64,000 nucleotides of DNA. Origin: Alphaproteobacteria bacterium. GTDB taxonomy: Bacteria > Pseudomonadota > Alphaproteobacteria > MPNO01. Below the pieces are notes generated by a model, which made no database searches, was not told where the DNA came from, and worked only from the letters and a program-made list of their open reading frames with translations. A program made the position numbers and the translations under genes. Location of the stretch: the NCBI GenBank assembly GCA_964291675.2, contig OZ219866.1, positions 3,264,001 to 3,328,000 on the forward strand. The letters run 5' to 3'. Position 1 is the stretch's first letter. Each line of letters opens with the position of its first letter. This document shows positions 37,493 through 47,282 of this stretch, one piece after another.

Positions 37493-38518
37493 ATGTCCAG
37501 CCAGCCGCGTTACCCCCATGAAGACCTCGAATACGGCGAGACCCTGGAGGTCGCGCCCGGCGTGCACTGGCTCAAGATGCCGCTCCCCTTCGCGCTCGAC
37601 CACATCAACCTCTATCTCATCGAGGACGGCGACGGCTGGACGGTCGTCGACACCGGGTGGAACGGCGACGACGCGAGGGCGCACTGGCAGGCCGTGCTCA
37701 AGCGGTTCGGCGGCCGCCCGCTCAAGCGCGCCATCGTCACCCATTTCCACCCCGACCATCTCGGCCTCGCCGGCTGGCTGCAGGAGGAGTACGGCACCGC
37801 GCTGTGGATGACCTACGGCGAGTGGCTGCAGGCCCATCTCGCCTGGACGCAGGACGTGACCCACGACGTCGAGGGCTGGATGGAGTTCTTCCGGGTCAAC
37901 GGGCTCGACGCCGACAGCGTCGACGCCTACCGGGCCGGGGTGGGGAATTTCGGGCGCTGGACCACGCCGGTGCCGTCCCGGGTGCGGCGCATCTGGCACA
38001 ACGGCGAGTTCGACATCGGCGGGCGGACATGGCAGGTGATCGTCGGCGGCGGGCATTCGCCCGAGCACGCCTCGCTCTACTGCCCGGAGCTCAAGCTGCT
38101 GATCGCCGGCGACCAGGTGCTGCCCCGCATTACCACCAATATCAGCGTCTGGTTCGCCGAGCCCGAGGGCGACCCGCTGCGCCACTTCGTCGAGAGCTTC
38201 GACCGCTTCCGTCACCTGCCCGGGGAGTGTTTTGTGCTGCCCTCGCACAACCGCCCCTTCTACGGGCTGCTGGAACGGCTCGACTACCTACAGGAGCACC
38301 ACCGCGAGCGGCTCGAAATCGCGCGCGATTTCTGCGCCGAGCCGCGCACCGCGCTCGATCTGATCCCGGTGCTGTTCAAGCGCGAGCTCGACAACCACCA
38401 GATCGCCTTCGCCATGGGCGAGGCGCTGTCGCACCTGCATTATCTGGTGAGCGAGGGCACGCTGGTCCGCATGGACGGCGAGGCCGACGGGCTGGTCCGC
38501 TACCGGCAGGCCGGCTGA
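37493..38518 (+). CDS. MBL-fold metallo-hydrolase
   Basis: LPFALDHIN, VDTG, THFHPDH, GHSPEH, GDQVLP, PSH. Confidence 0.92.
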   Translation: MSSQPRYPHEDLEYGETLEVAPGVHWLKMPLPFALDHINLYLIEDGDGWTVVDTGWNGDDARAHWQAVLKRFGGRPLKRAIVTHFHPDHLGLAGWLQEEYGTALWMTYGEWLQAHLAWTQDVTHDVEGWMEFFRVNGLDADSVDAYRAGVGNFGRWTTPVPSRVRRIWHNGEFDIGGRTWQVIVGGGHSPEHASLYCPELKLLIAGDQVLPRITTNISVWFAEPEGDPLRHFVESFDRFRHLPGECFVLPSHNRPFYGLLERLDYLQEHHRERLEIARDFCAEPRTALDLIPVLFKRELDNHQIAFAMGEALSHLHYLVSEGTLVRMDGEADGLVRYRQAG

Positions 38519-38895
38519 TGCGCGAGCCGGGCGCGGTCGGCAGCTACGCCGTCGTCGTCGAGGAGCGCCATACCGCGCATGCCGCCGGCAATCCCGGGGT
38601 ACGAGTCCTCTCCACCCCGACGCTCGCGCATTTCTGCGCGCTGGCCGCGCGGAACGCCATCGCCCCGGGCCTCGCCGGGGGCGAGGTCGCGACGCCGCGG
38701 TGCTCCACCCTCGCCCATCTCAAGGCATCGCCCCCCGGCGCCCGGATCGAGGCGACCGCGCTTGTGACCGCGGTGAAGGGGCGGGAATTCACCCTCGATG
38801 TCGAGGCCCGCGACGGCGAAGGGACGGCGATGACCGGCACCCTGGTGTGGGCGATCGAGGACCGCGATGCCTTGCTCGCCGCGGCGGGCGGGTAA
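38518..38895 (+). CDS. Hot-dog fold thioesterase, FlK-like (has Thr and His, lacks Glu and Arg)
   Basis: VLSTP and AHLKASPPG align to FlK VFATG and THTAATPPG; TGATG coupling to the MBL gene. Confidence 0.8.
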   Translation: MREPGAVGSYAVVVEERHTAHAAGNPGVRVLSTPTLAHFCALAARNAIAPGLAGGEVATPRCSTLAHLKASPPGARIEATALVTAVKGREFTLDVEARDGEGTAMTGTLVWAIEDRDALLAAAGG

Positions 38896-38899
38896 CCCG

Positions 38900-39289
38900 A
38901 TGGGCAGCTACGCCATCGGCATGCGCGGGCGCTACGAGGCGACGGTCGAGCCGCGCCATTGCGGGCCGGAGAACGGCTATCCCGACTTTTTCTTCCTCTC
39001 CGACCCGTGGTTCACCCTGTTCTGCGAAATCGCCTGCGACGAGGCGATGAAGCCGGGTTACGGGCCGGGCGAGGCGAGCGTCGGCGTCCGTCTCGACCTC
39101 GAACGCCTGGCCCCGGTGCCGGCCGGGCGCCGGGTGCGCCTGGAGGCCCGGGTGGCCGCGCTGGACGGCCGCCGGCTGCGCTTCGAAGTGGTGGGCGAGG
39201 ATGCCGGCCGCGCCTTCGTCCGCGGCACCCACGACCGGGTCGCCGTCGACCTCGAACGCTTTCTGGCGCGCCTGCCCACGGCCGGGTAG
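38900..39289 (+). CDS. Hot-dog fold thioesterase, FlK-like (has Glu and Arg, lacks Thr and His)
   Basis: FCEIAC, GEASVG, GRRLRFEV, GTHDRVAVDLERF align to FlK LMEWAC and GTHERAVIHLEKF. Confidence 0.8.
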   Translation: MGSYAIGMRGRYEATVEPRHCGPENGYPDFFFLSDPWFTLFCEIACDEAMKPGYGPGEASVGVRLDLERLAPVPAGRRVRLEARVAALDGRRLRFEVVGEDAGRAFVRGTHDRVAVDLERFLARLPTAG

Positions 39290-39296
39290 GGCGCGC

Positions 39297-40205
39297 TCAC
39301 GACCCGCCGATATGGCTCTCGTGGTTGTCGAGATACCATTCGGCGATCTCTTCCCGCTTGGCGAACCACACCCCTTCGAACCCCTTGGCGTAGTCGATGA
39401 ACTCGCGCAGCGCGCGGACCCGGAAGGGCTGGCCCCAGACATGCGGGTGGATGCCGACATTCATCAGCCGGCCGCTGTCGCCGCCCTCGCGGTAGAGCTC
39501 GTCGAACTGGTCCTTCAGCATCGCGAAGGCTTGCTCGTTGGTCATGCCGCGGCGCAGATAGATGGTGAAGTCGTTGACCTCGTTGGAATAGGGCACCGAG
39601 ACCACGGGCCCGCTCGCGGTGTGGATCAGATAGGGCTGGTCGTCGTTCATGAAATCGTTGGTGTAGATCAGCCCCTGCTCGGCGATGGTCTCGACCGTGC
39701 TTGCGTTGCAGCGCAGCGAGGACGAGAGCCAGCCCCTGGCCGGGCGGCCGACCGCCTCCTCGTACACCCGGAGCGTCTCCAGGATGATGCCGCGCTCGGT
39801 CTCCGGGTCGTCGAAATAGTTGGTCAGAAGGTCGGTCTGGACGTAGTTGTGGGCGACCAGCTCCCAGCCGCGCTCGTTCGCCGCATCGATCACCGCGCGC
39901 CGCTCCAGCCCCATCTTGGCGTTCATCGTGCAGCTCGCCGGCACGCCGGCGCGGTCGAAGATGTCGATCAGCCGCCAGATGCCGACCCGCTGGCCGTATT
40001 CGCGCCAGGTGAAATTGGGATAGTCCGGCACGTTGCCCGGCAGCGGGTCGGGCAGGATCGCCGGACCGCCGGCGTAGTAGGGACCGGCGCTGTCCTTGGT
40101 CAGGTCCCAGTATTCCAGGTTGAAGGTGAGGATCAGCGCGAGCCGCGCCCCGTTCGGCCAGCGCAGGGGCTTGCGTTGGGACAGCGGGACGTAGTCGTAA
40201 TGCAT
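39297..40205 (-). CDS. Polysaccharide deacetylase family protein (PuuE allantoinase-like)
   Basis: WPNGARLA...NLE, REYG.RVG.WR, GWL, DDQPY, PYS.EVND, IHPH..GQPFR. Confidence 0.85.
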   Translation of the reverse strand: MHYDYVPLSQRKPLRWPNGARLALILTFNLEYWDLTKDSAGPYYAGGPAILPDPLPGNVPDYPNFTWREYGQRVGIWRLIDIFDRAGVPASCTMNAKMGLERRAVIDAANERGWELVAHNYVQTDLLTNYFDDPETERGIILETLRVYEEAVGRPARGWLSSSLRCNASTVETIAEQGLIYTNDFMNDDQPYLIHTASGPVVSVPYSNEVNDFTIYLRRGMTNEQAFAMLKDQFDELYREGGDSGRLMNVGIHPHVWGQPFRVRALREFIDYAKGFEGVWFAKREEIAEWYLDNHESHIGGS

Positions 40206-40245
40206 CGGTTTCTCCCTTGGCGGCGGACGCCGCGGCAATAGCGCA

Positions 40246-40824
40246 TCAGCCGCCGCCGCGCCAGTCGCGCCAGTCCTCCGGCGTGTCGATGTCGAGCGCG
40301 AGCCCGGGGTTGTCGACCGCCTCGGCCGCGACCCCGAGGCGCGCGGCCTCCGCCATGTGGGCGGCGAAGCTGCCGGCCCCGAAGCGGAAGGCGAAGTCGA
40401 GCCCGGCGTCGAGCGCGAGCCCGTTGGTGCCCCTTCGGTGGCGGTCCGGCGCGACGGCAACCGGGCTCGCCGTCCCGGCCAGCGCCAGCACGTCGCCCGG
40501 TTGCGCGGTCGGCAAATCGCTCGGCAGGACGACGATGCGCGCCGCGCCCAGAAGCCGCGCCGCGCCCCGCCCGGCCTCGACCGCCGCGTTGAGGCCGAGC
40601 CCGGGGTCGGCGACAAGCACCGCATCGGCCGCGGCCGGGTGCGCGGCGACCGCTTCGTCCGGGCTCACCAGCAGCGTCGGGCCGGCGAGCGCGCCGGCGA
40701 GCCCCAGCGCGTGGACCAGGAATTCCTCGTTGAGCGCGGCGCGCGCCGCATCGTCCATCGCTCCGGCGAGGCGGCGCTTGCCGTCGGCGAGCGAGCGCAC
40801 CGGAACGATGGCCGAGACGATCAT
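40246..40824 (-). CDS. cofC: Phospho-acid guanylyltransferase for F420 biosynthesis
   Basis: IVPVR....KRRL, GLNAA, LPSDLP, APDR..GTNGL, FG.GSF.AH, DIDTPED. Confidence 0.92.
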   Translation of the reverse strand: MIVSAIVPVRSLADGKRRLAGAMDDAARAALNEEFLVHALGLAGALAGPTLLVSPDEAVAAHPAAADAVLVADPGLGLNAAVEAGRGAARLLGAARIVVLPSDLPTAQPGDVLALAGTASPVAVAPDRHRRGTNGLALDAGLDFAFRFGAGSFAAHMAEAARLGVAAEAVDNPGLALDIDTPEDWRDWRGGG

Positions 40825-41780
40825 CGCGCGCCGGCGCCGAGCCCCGCGGCGAAGGCAAGCGTCTCCTCGGCCAGCGCCCGCGAATCGGATTCGTCGCGCA
40901 TCACCGTCTCTGTGACACAAACCGCCATGCCGAGCTCGCTTATGGCCGGGGCGAGGGCGGCGTCCAGCTCGTCGATCACCATGCCGTCGATCCGCGCGCC
41001 GTAATGCCGGGCGATGCCGAGCGCGTCGGTCTCGGCGCCGAGCTCCGCCATCATCTTGGCCGCCGGCCCCTTGATCGCCCGCCCGCCGACGATGGGCGAG
41101 ACGGCCACCACCGGGACATTCCGCGCGTCGAGAAAGGCGGCGACATCCGCCATGCCGACGATCGGCGCGACGCTGACATAGGGGTTGGAGGGGCAGATGA
41201 CGACCGCTTGGAGCGCCTTGTCGGCGAGGGCGGCGGCGAAGCCGGGGGAGGGGCCGGCCGCCTCGATCCCGTCGAAGCGGAAGCCCGAGACCCGGGGCTC
41301 GCATTGCCGGCGGACGAAATAGTCCTGGAAGGGGAGGGCGCCCTCGTCGGTCTCGACGACGGTGCGGACGGGCGCATCGCTCATCGGCACGATGCGGTGT
41401 CCGATGCCGAGCGCCGCCGAGAGCGCCGCCGTCGCCTGCGACAGGGTCTTGCCCGCCTCCAGCATGCGGCGGCGCTCGACATGGGTGGCGAGGTCCTTGT
41501 CGCCCAGCCTGAACCAGGTCTCGCCGCCGAGCTCGGCCAGCGCCGCCATGAACGACCAGGTCTCGCCGGCGACGCCCCACCCGGTCTCCTCGTTGGCGCG
41601 CCCGGCGAGCGTGTACATCACCGTGTCGAGGTCGGGCGAGACCGGCAGCCCGAGATGCTCGAAATCGTCGCCGGTGTTGACGACCACGGTCAGGCGTTCC
41701 GGGTCGAGCGCGCCGGCGAGGCCGCGCGCCAGCCTGGCACCGCCGACGCCGCCCGCGAGCGCGAGAACATGCCCGGCCAT
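40821..41780 (-). CDS. cofD: 2-phospho-L-lactate transferase (FbiA)
   Basis: LAGGVGGARL, VNTGDD, PDLDT, WFRLGDKD, FQDYFV, PSNPYVS. Confidence 0.95.
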   Translation of the reverse strand: MAGHVLALAGGVGGARLARGLAGALDPERLTVVVNTGDDFEHLGLPVSPDLDTVMYTLAGRANEETGWGVAGETWSFMAALAELGGETWFRLGDKDLATHVERRRMLEAGKTLSQATAALSAALGIGHRIVPMSDAPVRTVVETDEGALPFQDYFVRRQCEPRVSGFRFDGIEAAGPSPGFAAALADKALQAVVICPSNPYVSVAPIVGMADVAAFLDARNVPVVAVSPIVGGRAIKGPAAKMMAELGAETDALGIARHYGARIDGMVIDELDAALAPAISELGMAVCVTETVMRDESDSRALAEETLAFAAGLGAGAR

Positions 41781-41782
41781 GG

Positions 41783-42556
41783 TCAGCAGAACAGGTCGAA
41801 TTCGCGCGGCCGGATCAGGTCGGCGGCGCGCGCCTCCCCGGACTCCGCCGCGAGCCCGCGCACAAGCGCGATCGGCCGCCTCTCGTCCGCCTCGCCCATG
41901 GCGAGCGCCGCCGCCGCGGCGATCTGGTCGGCGAGCCCCACCTCGCTCACCTGCAACGGCCGGCCGAACATGTCCGGCCTGCCGCGCAGATCGGCGAGCG
42001 TCGTCACCCCGGCGGCGCCGAGCGCGGTCGCCGCGGTGCCGAGCCGCCAGGCGCGCCCCAGGCTGTCGGCGACGATCACCCCGGGGGCGATTCCGGTGCG
42101 CCGTTCGATCCCGGCGCGGATCGCCGCCGCGCTGCCGTCCGGGTCCTCGGGCAGCAACAGCACCCTCCTGTCGCCGCCCTCCTCCACGTTGGACGCGTCG
42201 ATCCCCGCATTCGCCAGCACATAGCCGAGCCGGTGGCGCACCACGATCAGCCCGGGGCGCGCCCGCATCACCCGCTCCGACTCGGCCAGGATCAGCTCGA
42301 TCACCCGCGCGTCCTTGCCGGTTTCGCGGGCGAGCCGTTCGGCCTCCGGGGAAGGGGAGACGCCGTCAAGGTCCACCCGCCGCCCCTCCGCCTTGGAGAC
42401 GATTTTTTGGGCGATCGCCAGGATGTCGCCCGCCGCCGGGGCGAGGCCCGAGGCCCGGTAGGCATCGAGCACCACGCCGCAAAGGTCGTCGCCGGCCGCG
42501 ATGTCCGGCACGCCATCCAGCGCGACGATTTCGAGCCGGGGCGCGCTCGCGGTCAA
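41783..42556 (-). CDS. cofE: Coenzyme F420-0:L-glutamate ligase (no C-terminal nitroreductase domain)
   Basis: QKIVSKAEG, ANAGIDASN, LLLPEDPD.SA, DS.GRAWR.G, D.FGR.L; TTG start overlaps the npdG stop. Confidence 0.92.
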   Translation of the reverse strand: MTASAPRLEIVALDGVPDIAAGDDLCGVVLDAYRASGLAPAAGDILAIAQKIVSKAEGRRVDLDGVSPSPEAERLARETGKDARVIELILAESERVMRARPGLIVVRHRLGYVLANAGIDASNVEEGGDRRVLLLPEDPDGSAAAIRAGIERRTGIAPGVIVADSLGRAWRLGTAATALGAAGVTTLADLRGRPDMFGRPLQVSEVGLADQIAAAAALAMGEADERRPIALVRGLAAESGEARAADLIRPREFDLFC

Positions 42557-43218
42557 TCCGACTCCCCGGGCAGCCCGGTGATGCGGATGCCGGAGCCGGG
42601 CGATTCGTAGCGCCGGTTGATCCAGATCAGCACCGAGGTCAGCGCCTCGGCGGCGACGGCGTTGTCGAGCGGCCCGGCCTCGATGCCGCGCAGGCCCGCC
42701 GCCTCGATCAGCGCCACGGCTTCGGCGCGCGCCTCCCTCGAGTCGCCGCAGACCAGCACGTCGCACTCCATCTCGTGACCGGGATCGGCGAGGTGGTCGG
42801 CGGCGACGTTCTGGAACGCCGACACCACGCGGGTCTCATCGCCGAGAATGCCTTGCGCGATGGCCGCCGCCGAGCCCTCCGGCGGGAGCTGCACCCGGGC
42901 GACCCGGGGCGGCACCAGCGGCACCGTCACGTCGATCACGATCTTGCCGCGCGCGGCATCGGCGATGTCGCTCATGGTCCGGCGCTGGGCGGCGAAGGGA
43001 ACGGTGACGACGACGATATCCGCTTCCGCCGCGGCATCGGTATTGGCCGCCCCCTCGACCGCGCCGTGTTCGGAGAGCGCCGCCGCGCTGGCCGCGGCGC
43101 GCTCGGCCGAGCGCGAGCCGACGATCACCCGGTAGCCGGCGCGCGCCCAGCGCACCGCGAGCCCGGTGCCCTCGGCCCCGGTGCCGCCGACGATGGCGAT
43201 GACGGGAAGTGCGCTCAC
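42553..43218 (-). CDS. npdG: NADPH-dependent F420 reductase (Fno)
   Basis: GGTGAEGTGLA.RWA, GSR, TVPF, GSAA, AFQNV, GPL.NA, E.LT..L, GIRITG. Confidence 0.92.
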   Translation of the reverse strand: MSALPVIAIVGGTGAEGTGLAVRWARAGYRVIVGSRSAERAAASAAALSEHGAVEGAANTDAAAEADIVVVTVPFAAQRRTMSDIADAARGKIVIDVTVPLVPPRVARVQLPPEGSAAAIAQGILGDETRVVSAFQNVAADHLADPGHEMECDVLVCGDSREARAEAVALIEAAGLRGIEAGPLDNAVAAEALTSVLIWINRRYESPGSGIRITGLPGESD

Positions 43219-45557
43219 CGCGCGGCCGCGACGGGTTCGAGCGGCGCCGCGCCGCGCCCGGCGGCGATGCGCGCCGCGTCGACCGGGCCGTAGGTCGTCG
43301 AGCGCTGGCGCGGCAGGCGCCCGGCGCCCGCGATCAGCGCGTCCATCTCGTCGGGCGGCAGCTCCTGGCCGTGCGCCGTGCCCGCGGCGCGCGAGATGCT
43401 CTCGTTCATCAGCGTGCCGCCCAGATCGTTGACCCCGGCATCGAGGCAAGAGGCCGCGCCCTCGCGCCCCATCTTCACCCAGGACACCTGGATGTTGGGG
43501 ATCGACGGGTTGAGCGCGAGCCGGGCCACGGCGTGCATCAGCACGGCCTCGCGCCAGGTCGGGCCCTTGCGCGCCTTGCCGCGGAGATAGATCGGCGCCT
43601 CCATGTGGACGAAGGGGAGCGGCACGAACTCGGTGAACCCGCCGGTGTCGGCCTGCAGGTCGCGCACCGCGTTGAGGTGCCGCGCCCAGGACGCCGGCCC
43701 CTCGACGCTGCCGAACATGACGGTCGCGGTGGTCCTGAGTCCCAGCCGGTGCGCGGTGCGGATCACCGACAGCCACTCGTCGACCGTCACCTTGTCGGGG
43801 CAGAGGATTTGGCGGATCGGGGGATCGAGGATTTCCGCCGCGGTACCGGGCAGCGAGCCGAGCCCGGCATCGATCAGCCGTTCCAGGAAGGCGTCCACCG
43901 GCAGCCCCAGCGTCGCCGCGCCCTGGCTGATCTCGAGCGGCGAGAAGGCGTGGACGTGCATCTCGGGCGCCACGCGCTTCACCGCGCGGGCGATCGCGAC
44001 ATAGGTCTCGCCGGTGTAGTCGGGATGGATGCCGCCTTGCAGACAGACTTCCGTCGCGCCGCGCACCCACGCTTCGGCGACGCGCCGCTCGATCTCCTCG
44101 AGGTCGAGGTCGTAGGGGGTGCCGCGCAGCCCGGCGCTGGAGCGCCCCTTGGAGAAGGCGCAGAACCGGCAGGCATAGGTGCAGATGTTGGTGTAGTTGA
44201 TGTTGCGGTTGACGACATAGGTCACGACATCGCCGGACACCTCGCGCCTGATCGCATCCGCCGCCGCGACCACGGCATCGAACCGCCCGGCCCGCGCGCC
44301 GAACAAATGCACGATCTCCCCAATCTCCAGCCGCATGCCCGCGGCGGCGCGGTCGATTATGGGTGCGAGGTCGTCGGTGCGGATCGCGGGAGCCCGGACT
44401 GCGCGGTCCGCCGGCGGGCCTTCGGCGACCCCGGGAGCCCAGAAATCGGGCCTGGCGAACCCCTCCGAATCGATCGTGCGGCGCACCGCGGGCGCGAGCG
44501 CGGGATCGACCCAGCGTTCCGCGTCCAGCGCATAGGCCGGGTAGACCGCCAGACGCTCGACCAGCAGCTTGCCGGCGGCGGCGCTCTGCCGCGCGAGCGC
44601 GTCGATCTCCGGCCACGGCGCCTCCGGGTTGACGTGGTCCGGGGTGACCGGCGAGACCCCGCCCCAGTCGTTGAGCCCGGCGGCGATCAGATCGGGCCAG
44701 GTCCCGGCGCTCAGATTGGGCGGCGCCTGGATGCTCATCGCCGGGCCGAGCACGTGGCGCGCGGCGGCGACCGTCCAGGCGAGCTCTTCCGGCGCCGGCT
44801 CGGGCGCGCCCGCCATGCGGGTGCCCGGCTTGGCGCGGAAGTTCTGCACGATGACTTCCTGGATGTGGCCGTGCGCGCGATGCAGCTCGGCGATGGCGAA
44901 CAGGTCGTCGAGCCGTTCCGCCCGGGTCTCGCCGATGCCGATCAGGATGCCGGTGGTGAAGGGGACGGCGAGCTCGCCGGCCTCGCGGAGGGTGGCGAGC
45001 CGGGGGCCGGGCCGCTTGTCGGGCGAGCCGAAATGCGGGAAGCCGCGCCGCGCCAGCCTCTCCGACAGGCTTTCGAGCATGATCCCCTGCGACACCGAGA
45101 CCTCGCGGAGCGCGGCGATATCGGCGCGGCCCAGCACCCCCGGGTTGACATGCGGCAAGAGCCCGGTCTCCTCGAACACCAGCCGCGCCGCGTGGACCAG
45201 GTATTCGATCGTCGTCCCGAAGCCCAGCGCGGCCAGCGCCTCGCGCGCCGCGCGGTAGCGCAATTCGGGCTTGTCGCCGAGGGTGAACAGCGCCTCCTTG
45301 CAGCCGGCCTTCCGCCCCGCCTCGGCGATCGCCAGCACCTCCTCCGGCGACAGATAGGCGGCGACGCCGCGCCGCGGCGGCGCTGCGAAGGTGCAGTAAT
45401 GGCAGACGTCGCGGCAGAGCCGGGTCAGCGGCACGAACACCTTGCGCGAATACGACACCGTATGCCCGAACCCGGCATCGCGCAGCCGCACCGCCTCCGC
45501 CGCCAGCTCGTCATACGGGGCGGCGAGCAGGTGGCGGCGGAGGTCCTCGCGGTTCAT
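43215..45557 (-). CDS. fbiC: Bifunctional FO synthase (CofG-CofH fusion, two radical SAM domains)
   Basis: YSRKVFVPLTRLCRDVCHYC and NRNINYTNICTYACRFC; GGTLMNESISRAAG. Confidence 0.95.
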   Translation of the reverse strand: MNREDLRRHLLAAPYDELAAEAVRLRDAGFGHTVSYSRKVFVPLTRLCRDVCHYCTFAAPPRRGVAAYLSPEEVLAIAEAGRKAGCKEALFTLGDKPELRYRAAREALAALGFGTTIEYLVHAARLVFEETGLLPHVNPGVLGRADIAALREVSVSQGIMLESLSERLARRGFPHFGSPDKRPGPRLATLREAGELAVPFTTGILIGIGETRAERLDDLFAIAELHRAHGHIQEVIVQNFRAKPGTRMAGAPEPAPEELAWTVAAARHVLGPAMSIQAPPNLSAGTWPDLIAAGLNDWGGVSPVTPDHVNPEAPWPEIDALARQSAAAGKLLVERLAVYPAYALDAERWVDPALAPAVRRTIDSEGFARPDFWAPGVAEGPPADRAVRAPAIRTDDLAPIIDRAAAGMRLEIGEIVHLFGARAGRFDAVVAAADAIRREVSGDVVTYVVNRNINYTNICTYACRFCAFSKGRSSAGLRGTPYDLDLEEIERRVAEAWVRGATEVCLQGGIHPDYTGETYVAIARAVKRVAPEMHVHAFSPLEISQGAATLGLPVDAFLERLIDAGLGSLPGTAAEILDPPIRQILCPDKVTVDEWLSVIRTAHRLGLRTTATVMFGSVEGPASWARHLNAVRDLQADTGGFTEFVPLPFVHMEAPIYLRGKARKGPTWREAVLMHAVARLALNPSIPNIQVSWVKMGREGAASCLDAGVNDLGGTLMNESISRAAGTAHGQELPPDEMDALIAGAGRLPRQRSTTYGPVDAARIAAGRGAAPLEPVAAAR

Positions 45558-47239
45558 TGCGCCGCCTCGCCGGCCGCCTCGCCCGCCGCGGCGTTCGCCG
45601 CGATCGCCTTCAGCGACTCCTTGTCGATCTTGCGCGACGGGCCGAGCGGCATCTCCGCCACCAGCTCCAGCCGTTCCGGCAGCTTGTACTTGGCGATGCC
45701 CCGCTCCAGCAGCCAGGCGCAGAGCCCGTCCAGCGTCACCGCGCCGTCGTTGCGGGCGACGGCGAAGGCGCAGCCGATCTCGCCGAGCCGCGCATGCGGC
45801 GCCGGCACGACCGCCGCCTGGTCGATCTCCGGATGGTCGAGCAGCAGCTCCTCGACCTCGCGCGTCGAGTACTTGACCCCGCCCCGGTTGACCGTGTCCT
45901 TGATGCGGCCCTTGAGCACCACATTGCCGTGAACGTCGACGGTCGCGAGGTCGCCGGTGCGGAACCAGCGGTCGTGGGTGAACGCCTCGGCGTTCGACCC
46001 GGGGTCGCGGAAATAGCCCGGAAAGACCGAGGCGCCGCGCACCTGAAGCTCGCCCTCGGCGCCTTGCGGCAACGCTTCGCCGTCCCCGGACGCGATGCGG
46101 ATCTCGGTGCCGGGGCTCGGCCGCCCGCAGGTCTCGGCCGCGAAGTCCACCGGATCGTCGGGGCGGGTATAGAGCCCGGCCTGCATCTCGGTCATGCCCC
46201 AGAGCTGGACCACCCGCCCGTTCGGCAGCCTGGCGTCGAGCGCGCGCACCAGCTCGCCCGATACCGCCGCGCCGGCGATCGACAGCAGCCGCACCGAGGA
46301 CCAGTCGCGCCCGTCCATCAGCCCTTCGGCGAGGCAGGGCAGCACATGGGCGGGGACGGCGAAGATCACCGTCGGCCGCGCGGTCTCCACCAGGTCGACG
46401 AAGGCCGCCTTGTCGTAGGTCGGCAGGATCACCTGGGCCGCCCCCGTCAGCAGCGAGAAATGCGGGGCGTGCAGCGAATAGAGATGGGCGAACGGCCCGG
46501 CCGCCATGATCCGGTCTTCCGCGGCGATGCCGAACACGCCGGCGCTGCCGCGCGCGTTGGTCAGCAGATTGTTGTGGCTGAGCGGCACCGCCTTGGGCCG
46601 GCTGGTCGAGCCCGAGGTGTAGAGCATGATGAACGGCCCGGACGCATCCGCCCGCTCGGCGACCGGCCGGGGCTCGTCCTCGAGCGATTCGAGCGCGATC
46701 GTCCCCGCCGGCCCGCCGCCCGCGACGATGACGTGTTCCAGCGCCGGCAGGCGCCGTTTCAGCCGCAGCATGGTCTCGGCGATGGCGAAATCGCCCATCG
46801 CCCTTTCGCAGACGATCGCCGCCGCCTCGCCGAAGCCGAGCGCGCGCTCGCACTCGGCCTCGCGGAAGGTGAGATGGATGCCGGTCATCGCCGCGCCGAT
46901 GCGCACCAGGGCGGCGTGGATCGCGACCCACCAAGGACCGTTGCGGAGCTGCACGCCGACCACGTCGCCCCTGCCGATGCCGAGCCGGCGGAACCCGGCG
47001 GCGAGGCGGTCGCTCATCGCCGCGAGCTCGGCGAAGGTGAGGGTTCCCCCGGCGGTAACGATGGCGGTCGCCTCCGGCGTCGCCGCGACAATGCGGTCGA
47101 GCCAGTCGGTCAGCAGCTCGTCGCGCCACAGCCCCTCGCGGCGATAGCGCGCCGCAAGCCCCCGATCGTACGCCATCGCCGCGGCCAGCCGCGCGCGGGC
47201 TTCGCTCCGTCGGTCGGATCTCTGCGGCGCTTCGGACAT
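45554..47239 (-). CDS. AMP-dependent acyl-CoA ligase (cyclohexanecarboxylate/aryl-CoA ligase-like)
   Basis: YTSGSTSRPK, WGMTE, RTGDL, GRIKD..NRGG.K, KYKLPE, KIDK; start uncertain. Confidence 0.9.
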   Translation of the reverse strand: MSEAPQRSDRRSEARARLAAAMAYDRGLAARYRREGLWRDELLTDWLDRIVAATPEATAIVTAGGTLTFAELAAMSDRLAAGFRRLGIGRGDVVGVQLRNGPWWVAIHAALVRIGAAMTGIHLTFREAECERALGFGEAAAIVCERAMGDFAIAETMLRLKRRLPALEHVIVAGGGPAGTIALESLEDEPRPVAERADASGPFIMLYTSGSTSRPKAVPLSHNNLLTNARGSAGVFGIAAEDRIMAAGPFAHLYSLHAPHFSLLTGAAQVILPTYDKAAFVDLVETARPTVIFAVPAHVLPCLAEGLMDGRDWSSVRLLSIAGAAVSGELVRALDARLPNGRVVQLWGMTEMQAGLYTRPDDPVDFAAETCGRPSPGTEIRIASGDGEALPQGAEGELQVRGASVFPGYFRDPGSNAEAFTHDRWFRTGDLATVDVHGNVVLKGRIKDTVNRGGVKYSTREVEELLLDHPEIDQAAVVPAPHARLGEIGCAFAVARNDGAVTLDGLCAWLLERGIAKYKLPERLELVAEMPLGPSRKIDKESLKAIAANAAAGEAAGEAAQ

Positions 47240-47282
47240 CGGCCGCGAATGTAGCCAAACCGGCGGCCGACCGCCACAGTGC

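Noticed and set aside
43215-47258. Apparent 1347-aa FbiC with a long N-terminal extension; likewise the extended amidase, DMT, npdG and cofC ORFs
   Set aside because: The extensions are off-frame reads over upstream genes; the true starts overlap the upstream stop codons.
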